A stretch of DNA of 64,000 nucleotides, taken from IMG/VR virus record IMGVR_UViG_3300042564_004498, positions 64,001-128,000 of that record; one strand, 5' to 3'. Made by a program: the position numbers and the translations under genes. Shown piece by piece: positions 55,626-64,000 of this stretch (positions are counted from its first letter, which is position 1; each line of letters opens with the position of its first letter). Below the pieces are notes generated by a model. It had not been told where the DNA came from. It saw only the letters and a program-made list of their open reading frames with translations, and made no database searches. The stretch is from a virus.

Positions 55626-57839
55626 TTAAAAGTCTAATTTAACAACAAACTGTTGAATCCCTTGTCTTAACTCAGGAGATTGTAATTTTGAAATGACAAT
55701 AAGGTCATAATTAGAATCATAAAGAGCTATCTCGGTTACATATGATTTTGTCCCTTTTGTCCATGTTGGGTTTGAAGTATTTGTAAATTGGTTACGATTT
55801 AAGTTAATAAGGTAATTCATTTCATAAATTGTTGCGGTGATATCTGTTTCTAAATTCCCATAGAAATAAAACTCATCTCCAAAATTCATTTGACTAGTTT
55901 GTCCATTAAGAGGTAAACTTAATATTGGTCCTAAATTGTAATAAGTTACACCAGTAGTTGGATTATAGTTATTAGTTGTAATTTGGAATGTTGTCCCTGT
56001 TATTGCATCCTGAGTAATATATCCGTTTGTTAAAGTCATACCTGTAGTCACATCAATAACTCTCCAAGCAGTTGGTGATGGTCTTGTATCACCAGTAACT
56101 ATTTGACATAACAATTTCATTGAATTTGCCGAGTATCCTGAAAATTCTACTTGTGATAAAAAATTAAATTCTGCTCCAAATCTAACAGCAACATTTAATG
56201 TGTTAGCAGTAACAGTTACATTAGGTCTAATTAAACTGTAATAGTTACAATGTAATGAGCTTGTTGCTCCTGAATTGGTATCAAATCTATATGTCACCCA
56301 CATTCTTTCATCAGGGTTTGTTAAAACACCTGTTGCAGTTGCATTATCAAAATCACAAGTATTAGGTGTTAATAATGATAATTTTGGGGCTGGTAATGTC
56401 CAGTTTCTATTTGATTTGTATGACATTGCTGCAATTACTTCTTCATCATCAATAACTATAGTTTCTTGGTCAGGGAATACTTTACCAATTCTATTTAAAT
56501 TACCATTATCATCAGGATTTGTATCCCACAAATGATAATATCTAATACCAGGGTCATTCATATCAAGATTTTTTGTGGATTTGATATAATATGGAATACA
56601 TAACCCATTATAACCAGGTGGGTCAATCCAAAATGTTTGCCCAATAGTATTTCCTGAAGATTTATGCCACATTAAAGTAGGGATAGTTAATTTAAAGTGT
56701 CTAGCTAATCCAATATCATTGGTAGGGTTTTGAGGGTCGTAAGGTTGTGTTGCGAATTTTTCCCCATAAACATTATCAATATCTTGATTAGTATAATGAA
56801 TAATTGCAATTGCCTTTTGGTCTTGAGGTCTAACTAACATTGGTTCATCAAATGAATTAAAATAGTAAACTTGACTAGTATCTGTTTGACCACTTGGTTC
56901 TTGGTAACCTAAATATTCTTTAGTTCCAATGTATGTTGCGGAATTATATTGAGTAAAATCTTCATAAGTACTTGCATAAACACCCGCAGGACTTTCACTC
57001 CATGGAATATTCATATTCCAAATTAAAGTGTTTTCACGATTTCTTACATCACAAGGAGATTCAAAATTAAGAGTGTCTGTTTGCCAAAAAGGGGCTGGTG
57101 TTATAAAATCATACAATTGAGTCATACCTGATGGATAAACATAAATCCTAGCGTAATAACTATCAGGAATTAATCCTGTATATGTTGGTAACTTCCTATC
57201 TAATGTTATTGTAAATGTATCACCAGTGGTCCCTGTAACAGGGTTCATCCCTTGAATTTTATAGGTTAAAATTTGATTTGTACCAAAGTTGCCACACCCT
57301 CCGTTACCATCCAAAACAATAGTTACATAATCATTAATTTGAGGAGTTCCTGTTGTTGTTTGATTACAAGTATTAGGGTCAAACTCAATATTAATTGTTG
57401 TTTGTCCTGTCATTGTTGACATATCAATCCAATAATTTGATGTAATTGTATAAGCAGAAGATGTTTCTATTAAAGTAGATGCTGATGTAAAAAACCCTTT
57501 AGGTCCTGCTGCATTATAAACAGATTGTATTTGGTTATCCATAAAAGGAATACCGTAGGTACCTCCATTACTTCCTTCAACATAATAAGGATATTTAACA
57601 TTTTGTTTATTTGATTGTGGTGAACCAGTATCATTTTGAGCGTTAAATGCTGGCATCAAAATATTATTATTTGTTTGGTTATAAGCAGGAGACGCCGACT
57701 TTAATGCGGTGTAATTCACCTCACTATCTCCTATTTGAAAATAAGAAATAGTAAAATTACCTTGAGAGATATTTCTTCTTCCAACGTCGGTTAACCTTGT
57801 ATTAATCAGCCCTGCTGTATTTTTAATAATATATGCCAT
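55626..57839 (-). CDS. virion structural protein (baseplate/tail-associated)
   Basis: N-terminal LTDVGR..I.YFQIGD; C-terminal YVTEIALYD..LIVISKLQSP; beta-rich. Confidence 0.7.
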   Translation of the reverse strand: MAYIIKNTAGLINTRLTDVGRRNISQGNFTISYFQIGDSEVNYTALKSASPAYNQTNNNILMPAFNAQNDTGSPQSNKQNVKYPYYVEGSNGGTYGIPFMDNQIQSVYNAAGPKGFFTSASTLIETSSAYTITSNYWIDMSTMTGQTTINIEFDPNTCNQTTTGTPQINDYVTIVLDGNGGCGNFGTNQILTYKIQGMNPVTGTTGDTFTITLDRKLPTYTGLIPDSYYARIYVYPSGMTQLYDFITPAPFWQTDTLNFESPCDVRNRENTLIWNMNIPWSESPAGVYASTYEDFTQYNSATYIGTKEYLGYQEPSGQTDTSQVYYFNSFDEPMLVRPQDQKAIAIIHYTNQDIDNVYGEKFATQPYDPQNPTNDIGLARHFKLTIPTLMWHKSSGNTIGQTFWIDPPGYNGLCIPYYIKSTKNLDMNDPGIRYYHLWDTNPDDNGNLNRIGKVFPDQETIVIDDEEVIAAMSYKSNRNWTLPAPKLSLLTPNTCDFDNATATGVLTNPDERMWVTYRFDTNSGATSSLHCNYYSLIRPNVTVTANTLNVAVRFGAEFNFLSQVEFSGYSANSMKLLCQIVTGDTRPSPTAWRVIDVTTGMTLTNGYITQDAITGTTFQITTNNYNPTTGVTYYNLGPILSLPLNGQTSQMNFGDEFYFYGNLETDITATIYEMNYLINLNRNQFTNTSNPTWTKGTKSYVTEIALYDSNYDLIVISKLQSPELRQGIQQFVVKLDF

Positions 57840-57865
57840 TGTTAATAAATATTTGTTATATTTTT

Positions 57866-60436
57866 TTATTCTAAAAGACTACAATTGATTACGTCAGAAG
57901 GACAAGGGTCTAATTGAAAAACACATCCTTGACCATAATCACAGTAGTAACCTCCACCATAAGTACAACCAACCTCAACCGCTAAACAAACAACATTTGA
58001 TATGTCATTTTTGTCTCTAATTGCAACATAGTTAAGTCCATTAGGTACTGATGTGTATGTGTTACTTCCTGTAACATCAACAAACGACCCTGCTAAAGCA
58101 GCTCCACATCCGGTGTAATAAGTACTTGTCATTTGATATTCACCTGAACCTCCTACAAAACGATTAAAAACTACTGAAGCTTCTTCAGTGTTTGCACAAT
58201 AGACATTTGATTTTGCATTTACTGATAAAACAATATCATCAGACCCTGGAGTATAATCTAAAGTATTTTCGTTAATTGTTAAGAATTGTGAATCCGCAAC
58301 CACATCACAACAAGAACATCCTAATATTGATGGTGTAATCAATTGTGCATATATCAGTTGTGTTAAATTAGTCAAACAATTATTAGCTTCTTGTCCATCC
58401 ACAATTGACAATGTTGAGGTATCAAGAATAATCACAGGAGATGTTCTACTTACCTTTAAATTATAGGTGTCAGCTTCAGAAATTATTGTTTGTTCATTCG
58501 GACTACAATTAGGTCTTGTTGTTGCCCCATCAGATATTGATTGTGTTAAAGTTGGTGTTTTAACAACACCTCCTTGTGTTACATTGAATGTATCCGTAAT
58601 TGTTCCAGTACCTGGCCCATTATAAGTTTTTTGTGATGATAACACTAATCCAAATTCTATTTCAACACCTATAGGTAATTCAGGAACTGTAATAATTTGT
58701 ACTGTTGTTGTTCTTGAATTAAAGTTTGGTGTTACACTACTAACAACATTGTCAGTATTTGCGCTTACTGTTAATTGGTAAGTTACAGGTATTTCGTCAT
58801 AAGATACTGTAATTGTTTGTGTAACTACGGTACCAAGAGCATCTTGTACTGTTATTGTATAAGATTTAGGGCATAATCCACCAAAATAATTATTACTTTG
58901 ATATGTGTTACCACCATCAATTGAATACAAGTATGGAGCTGCTCCATTAAACGCTGAAACCGTGATTCCACCATTACATTTAGTTCCGGTATTACAACTA
59001 CTATTTTCTGCCATTAATGAAATTTGTAAAGGTATTGTTGTAGGGCAAGTCCCTTTAGTCACTGAGATTGTTCCGATTGCTTTTCCTCCATAATAATTCC
59101 ATGAAGAATTAGGTATTTCAGAAGTATTTGTACTTGCAAGTATACTATCCTGTAATGTAAATAACTCAGTTGTACCAAGAACATAAATTTCCCATCTATT
59201 ATTAGTTAAACTCCATATTATTTCATTTCTACTATCACTCCAAGTAAATTTACCATTTTTATATCCATTACATACAAATTGATAAGGCCCTTCAGTTGCC
59301 AACCCACTACTGTCATAAGTTATTAAACAAAGGTTAACACATTTCAATGGTGACGTAGGTGTTGGAGTTGTCGTAGGTGTTGGAGTTGGAGCATTAGTTG
59401 CCGCCATTAGACTACATATTGTTGTTGCAGTATAATCACCATAGTAATCAACCACCGTTACCTCATAATCACCCTGAGCCATCCCTACCAATGTTTGGCT
59501 TCTTTGCCCACGGGCCCAATTATATGTATAAGGACTTGTCCCTCCTGTCACAATTAAAGATAAAATACCATCTAACGACTTTGAATTACTCGGTTGTACA
59601 ATAGGGTTACAAGTAATTCCCATTTCAAATAAAGTAAAAACATCACAATTATTTTTAAGTTTACGAACTTGACTATTTGTTGGTGTCTGTGTTGGAGTTC
59701 TTGTTAATGTAGGTGTGGTTGTACTTGTTGGTGTTACTGTTGGAGTATTAGTATTAGTTGGTGTTGGTGTTTGAGTTCCTGTTGGTGTTGGTGTTGGACA
59801 ATTTACTGATGCCGGGCTAAATAATTTAGTAACTCCATTAGATGAACTACCATAATTTAATGTAACCAAAATACCTACCTCAGTTCCTTGTATAAAATTC
59901 CCACAACAATCCGTGTAATAGTAATTACCTGTTGTAACACCTTGTCCACATGATATTGGTGTTGTAGATGGTGTTGGGTTAGGTGTTCTTGTATTGGTTG
60001 GAGTACTTGTATTAGTTGGAGTATTAGTTGGTGTTCTAGTTAAAGTTGGCGTTTGAGTTGGTGTTCCTGTGTTAGTTGGAGTTTGAGTTGGTGTTTGAGT
60101 TGGTGATAACGACGGTTCTGGTTCGGGAGGAGACCCATAACAATCAATAAATGTAGTACAATTAGTTTCTAAATTTGTAAATGTTACTGCAGGTACATAA
60201 ACATTTGGACCGGTAAACCCATATCGTGTTGTAGGAGTCAACCCATTACCAACACAAAGATAAAGTGTATATCCATCTGCACCGTCTATTAAAGGAAATG
60301 TGTAAAGACTACTATTAGTGTAAAATCCATTACATTGTAAATACCCAATATACAATGGATTACCACCACTTTGAGCGTCATCTATTGGTACAAAGACTTC
60401 AAAACAATTACAAAATTCTATTGGTACTGCTGCCAT
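57866..60436 (-). CDS. Pro/Thr-rich, SprB-repeat-like, Cys-rich virion/adhesin protein
   Basis: TPT tracts; GGTSPYTYNW..GDYEVTVVD and GAAPYLYSIDGG..YTITVQDA.G modules. Confidence 0.8.
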   Translation of the reverse strand: MAAVPIEFCNCFEVFVPIDDAQSGGNPLYIGYLQCNGFYTNSSLYTFPLIDGADGYTLYLCVGNGLTPTTRYGFTGPNVYVPAVTFTNLETNCTTFIDCYGSPPEPEPSLSPTQTPTQTPTNTGTPTQTPTLTRTPTNTPTNTSTPTNTRTPNPTPSTTPISCGQGVTTGNYYYTDCCGNFIQGTEVGILVTLNYGSSSNGVTKLFSPASVNCPTPTPTGTQTPTPTNTNTPTVTPTSTTTPTLTRTPTQTPTNSQVRKLKNNCDVFTLFEMGITCNPIVQPSNSKSLDGILSLIVTGGTSPYTYNWARGQRSQTLVGMAQGDYEVTVVDYYGDYTATTICSLMAATNAPTPTPTTTPTPTSPLKCVNLCLITYDSSGLATEGPYQFVCNGYKNGKFTWSDSRNEIIWSLTNNRWEIYVLGTTELFTLQDSILASTNTSEIPNSSWNYYGGKAIGTISVTKGTCPTTIPLQISLMAENSSCNTGTKCNGGITVSAFNGAAPYLYSIDGGNTYQSNNYFGGLCPKSYTITVQDALGTVVTQTITVSYDEIPVTYQLTVSANTDNVVSSVTPNFNSRTTTVQIITVPELPIGVEIEFGLVLSSQKTYNGPGTGTITDTFNVTQGGVVKTPTLTQSISDGATTRPNCSPNEQTIISEADTYNLKVSRTSPVIILDTSTLSIVDGQEANNCLTNLTQLIYAQLITPSILGCSCCDVVADSQFLTINENTLDYTPGSDDIVLSVNAKSNVYCANTEEASVVFNRFVGGSGEYQMTSTYYTGCGAALAGSFVDVTGSNTYTSVPNGLNYVAIRDKNDISNVVCLAVEVGCTYGGGYYCDYGQGCVFQLDPCPSDVINCSLLE

Positions 60437-60497
60437 TATTAATTCCTTTTATTATAAGTATAATCTTTAGTTATTTTATCTGTAGATTTTATTGTTA

Positions 60498-61784
60498 TTA
60501 ACATCCTGATGGGTCTGAAGAAGTGATTTGCCCTAACCCTCCTGTCACAACATATATCGCAGTTCCGTTTGAATAATAACCATTCACTGTAGGGATTGTT
60601 AATCCTGAATTAGAGTATAAATACTCTCCAATATTTGGTCCGATTCCTCCCGAGACTGTTCCATAAATTGTACTTGGTGATGAAATATAATCATTACAAG
60701 CATCAATTTCATTTGCACCAAAACCTAAACTATACACATAATAAGACCTTGTTGGTGTTTGAGTTTGAGTTGGAGTTTCTGTATTTGTAGGTGTATTTGT
60801 AGGAGTATTAGTTGGTGTTTCTGTATTAGTCGGAGTTGAGGTGGGTGTTAATCCTATAGTAACCGAAGGTGTTGGTGTTATTGTTTCAGTTGGTGTTGGT
60901 GTCATTGTTTCGGTTGGTGTTGGTGTCTCTGTATTAGTTGGAGTGTTTGTTGGCGTTTCAGTATTAGTCGGAGTGTTGGTTGGTGTCTCGGTATTAGTCG
61001 GAGTGTTTGTTGATGTTTGAGTATTAGTTGGAGTACTTGTAGATGTTTGAGTTTGGGTAATAGTTGGCGTTGGCGTTTGACCAATAGTTGGAGTATTAGT
61101 CGGTGTTGACGTAATAGTTGGCGTAGGAGTAATTAAATTAGTACAAAGTACATAACTCATAATTTGACCAGATAAGTTTATTTGAACTGCGTAATAAAGA
61201 CCTCCCCAATACATTAGAATAAATCTATCTTGACCATCATATGGTGTGTATAAAACTCCATCATATAAATTTTGATAAACAGTAACTCCAATAACAGGAA
61301 TTAAATTCGCCTCATTTATGTAAGTGTATAATACAGTTAAAGATAATGTATCACTACAAGTGTTTGCCGAAGTGGTAAAAGTATTTTGACCAATAAAATG
61401 TGAAGAAGCAATTGGTGTTACTGAAGGAGTAGGTGTTTGAGTTGCAGTGTTTGTTGGTGTTGCAGTGTTTGTTGTAGTATTTGTTGGTGTTTGAGTTGGT
61501 GTTGATGTGCTAGTTGATGTGACTGTAGGGGTTTGTGTCATCGTAGGTGTAACACTAGCGGTCGGAGTTGGTGTGATATAAACAAATTCACCATCAATAC
61601 ATCCGTTAGTATCAATAATTTTAATTAAATAAGTAGAATTGTCTACAGGGTCAGGAACTTCAAACGTAAATGGTACTACCGAGATTGTTGCAACATATAC
61701 ACAATCTCCGCTAGTAGGCCCGCAATAGTAAATTTCGGCCGGTGTGTTTGCAGTTATTGATGTTATTGTTACTAGTTGTCCCAT
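60498..61784 (-). CDS. Pro/Thr-rich virion protein
   Basis: TPTNTPTNTE repeats; N-terminus paralogous to 61784..62002. Confidence 0.8.
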   Translation of the reverse strand: MGQLVTITSITANTPAEIYYCGPTSGDCVYVATISVVPFTFEVPDPVDNSTYLIKIIDTNGCIDGEFVYITPTPTASVTPTMTQTPTVTSTSTSTPTQTPTNTTTNTATPTNTATQTPTPSVTPIASSHFIGQNTFTTSANTCSDTLSLTVLYTYINEANLIPVIGVTVYQNLYDGVLYTPYDGQDRFILMYWGGLYYAVQINLSGQIMSYVLCTNLITPTPTITSTPTNTPTIGQTPTPTITQTQTSTSTPTNTQTSTNTPTNTETPTNTPTNTETPTNTPTNTETPTPTETMTPTPTETITPTPSVTIGLTPTSTPTNTETPTNTPTNTPTNTETPTQTQTPTRSYYVYSLGFGANEIDACNDYISSPSTIYGTVSGGIGPNIGEYLYSNSGLTIPTVNGYYSNGTAIYVVTGGLGQITSSDPSGC

Positions 61785-62002
61785 TATTGTACTATTGTTG
61801 TTCCTACTATGACACAGTTATTTGAATCGATAACTTTTAACATATACGAAGGTGATGTATTATATGGCGCTGGTATATCAAAAACATATGGTATTACAGA
61901 TGTTGTTGAATAGTAAAAACATCCCGTACCATTTGCTTGACATACGTAGATATCATAAGGTGATTGACCTGTTATTGAACTAATTGTTACCTGTACCGCC
62001 AT
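61784..62002 (-). CDS. small beta-domain protein
   Basis: VTISSITG..PYDIY.C..C..PY.F.IP..Y.LKVIDSNNC, the same module as the N-terminus of 60498..61784. Confidence 0.75.
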   Translation of the reverse strand: MAVQVTISSITGQSPYDIYVCQANGTGCFYYSTTSVIPYVFDIPAPYNTSPSYMLKVIDSNNCVIVGTTIVQ

Positions 62003-64000
62003 TATTTATTTTTTTTTCTTCTTTTTTTAGATGTTATTAATTTATAAACCATGACAGAGAATTTATTACCAACATAATGTATCAATTTTCCAAGTTTATT
62101 ATCTTCAGGTAATACTCCCATCATATAAGCCATGTGTTCAGACCAAGGTTTAGTTATTAAATAGAAATATTTAGAATATTGTGGATGTTTAGTTAAGAAA
62201 TTAACCACAGGTTTTGCCCAAGTTAAATAACCAAACAATCCTTCTCTATTTGTTTTTAACATTAATCTACCAAACTTCTCATCCGCTTCCCAAATTTCTT
62301 TAGGTAAGAATCCTTGACGATATAATAAATCACATATGATTTTTGAACCTGTTCCACCCCCTATTGGACCTATTGGCCCAACTATAATTCCAACACAAGA
62401 ATTACCTATTTCTACAATAGTACCTGTGTTATCAATTCTAAATGAACCGTAAAAAGACAAGAATGACCCCGAAGCTGCATACCAACCAGGTGTTGTCACT
62501 AATGTTGGCGACCCAAACAGTGGATTATTATAAAGTTGGGAACCAATTGTAATTCCATTAGTAAAAGTATAAAACCCTAATACAGCTCCTGCGGAATTAC
62601 CTGCAAAACAAGCTGCTGAATTACCATCATACGGACCAACTACGTTATAAGTTTGTACAGGTGCTGGTGGAGTATAAGTTAAACAACTATTACAATCATT
62701 AAAAACATTTGAAGTATATCCCGCAAAGAAATCAACACTAGAAGTTAATGGGAAAACCGTTGATGGTGCAGCATAACCTGTATTAAATCTTCCAAGATAA
62801 TTCCAACAAGTTCCATAAACATTAAAACATTGTCCTTCCGTTGTCACCAAAGGAGATTTTACATCTTGAATCATTTGTGTTTTAAGAGTATTTGGTGATA
62901 TTGGATTACAACTTTCATACACATAAACATAATTAGGTGTTGTTGAAGGTGTCGGTGTTACAGTTGGTGTTGTTGTCTGAGTTGGTGTTTGAGTTAATGT
63001 TTGATTAGGTGTTGGAGGTGGTGTAGTACCTATCGTTGCTGTTGTTGTTGGTGTTACAGTATTTGTTGGAGTGTTCGTAGGTGTTTTAGTTTGGGTTGGA
63101 GTTGGCGTAGATGTAGAACTAGACGTTACTGTAGGTGTTGGTGTTGGATATACATTACAATTACTACAAACCGCATAAATCTGAAGTATACTATTAACAT
63201 TTGCATTTGACGATATATTATCATTATCACTAATATAAGTAACACAATGCAATCCACCAGCAATTTCAACTAACATACTCATTCCAATGACAACAGGTAC
63301 TCCCAAATACACAAGACTATTTGTAACATAGTATTCTTGACCTGATTGACAATCTATAAGTACTTTAACCGACACACAAGTAAATGTTTCATCTAACATT
63401 TGGAATGTTGCTTGTCCTGACGCATTAACAGTTCTTGTTAAAGTAACCGAAGGTGTTAAAGTAACTGTTGGTGTTACGGCTGGAGTATATCCACTCATAC
63501 TAAATGAAATTCCAACACCATTACAAATATCACCCGTTGGTGTAGGTGTTGGCGTCACCCCTAAAGTATCAAATGTAAAATTCACATCGTCACATGCAAT
63601 ACTTGGCGTTGGTGTTGGTAATGGTTCCCAATCACAATCAAAATATGCTGTAAAATCAAAAATAGAACAATTAACCGCTGTTGGCGTTGGCGTTGGACAA
63701 ATACCTGTAGTAAAACTATTGGCTGAAATGTCAGGACAATCTGATTTACATGGACTAGCACCTGTTAAATAACAAGTACCTCCTAAACTATTAGATAAAC
63801 ACCAATATGTTGTTGTGATAGAACTATAATAATAAATTACACCAGCACTCGTACCGTCACCTGAATAACTCGGAAAACCATTATATGTTGACCCTGCGGT
63901 ATAATTTCCACTATAACCCGATAATGATGGCAAAGTTGTGTAAAAACAAAATTGACTATATTCACATGCAAAAGGTGTTGGGGATGGTGTTGGAGTGTTA
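62002..64000 (-). CDS. Pro/Thr-rich virion protein with C-terminal 'KIIC..GY..WA.P.V' domain, partial
   Basis: Frame stays open past 63933 to the window edge (..TPTPSPTPFACEYSQFCFYTTLPS..). Confidence 0.8.
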   Translation of the reverse strand, partial: NTPTPSPTPFACEYSQFCFYTTLPSLSGYSGNYTAGSTYNGFPSYSGDGTSAGVIYYYSSITTTYWCLSNSLGGTCYLTGASPCKSDCPDISANSFTTGICPTPTPTAVNCSIFDFTAYFDCDWEPLPTPTPSIACDDVNFTFDTLGVTPTPTPTGDICNGVGISFSMSGYTPAVTPTVTLTPSVTLTRTVNASGQATFQMLDETFTCVSVKVLIDCQSGQEYYVTNSLVYLGVPVVIGMSMLVEIAGGLHCVTYISDNDNISSNANVNSILQIYAVCSNCNVYPTPTPTVTSSSTSTPTPTQTKTPTNTPTNTVTPTTTATIGTTPPPTPNQTLTQTPTQTTTPTVTPTPSTTPNYVYVYESCNPISPNTLKTQMIQDVKSPLVTTEGQCFNVYGTCWNYLGRFNTGYAAPSTVFPLTSSVDFFAGYTSNVFNDCNSCLTYTPPAPVQTYNVVGPYDGNSAACFAGNSAGAVLGFYTFTNGITIGSQLYNNPLFGSPTLVTTPGWYAASGSFLSFYGSFRIDNTGTIVEIGNSCVGIIVGPIGPIGGGTGSKIICDLLYRQGFLPKEIWEADEKFGRLMLKTNREGLFGYLTWAKPVVNFLTKHPQYSKYFYLITKPWSEHMAYMMGVLPEDNKLGKLIHYVGNKFSVMVYKLITSKKRRKKNK

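Noticed and set aside
2641-63210. Many short alternative-frame or antisense ORFs in the track (e.g. 7489..7923, 44329..44712, 47988..48359)
   Set aside because: They lie within better-supported genes and have shadow-ORF composition
59340-63700. GTTGGTGTT-type repeats as non-coding satellites
   Set aside because: Explained by Thr-Pro codons on the minus strand with third-position variation
1-64000. Stop-codon reassignment (TAG or TGA), as in some large phages
   Set aside because: Long conserved genes are intact in code 11, and TAG/TGA end genes right at the next start; only one stray internal TAG was seen (1520)

Overview
This 64 kb AT-rich, gene-dense window looks like part of a large (jumbo-type) tailed phage genome, very likely infecting a Bacteroidota host. 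The host inference rests on repeated TTTG-N~20-TAnnTTTG promoters, no Shine-Dalgarno motifs and an Hc1-like protein. The standard genetic code is used. From left to right it contains: small accessory ORFs; a GT2 plus metallophosphoesterase pair; a tandem array of about 10 paralogous 'MKYIITE..' proteins; a DIP1984-like coiled-coil gene followed by a candidate ~195-nt structured RNA with 7-nt repeats; an RNA locus with a ~870-nt GOLLD-like RNA and two atypical tRNA-Met(CAU) behind four tandem promoters and boxA-like motifs; DHH, peptidoglycan-binding and pre-toxin-like proteins; two DNA methyltransferases; APS kinase; a GIY-YIG nuclease; redoxins; DnaJ; a probable lysis cluster; a sigma-70 factor; SbcCD, exonuclease, primase and RuvC-like genes; and large Pro/Thr-rich virion or adhesin proteins running off the right edge. 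Main hypotheses: (1) a novel protein plus repeat-RNA module at 11.4-12.2 kb; (2) an N-terminal capsid-loading/protease tag shared by many unrelated cargo proteins under a TATTTAT promoter; (3) an rRNA-operon-like expression cassette for GOLLD and the tRNAs. All family calls come from motif recognition by eye; no database search was run.
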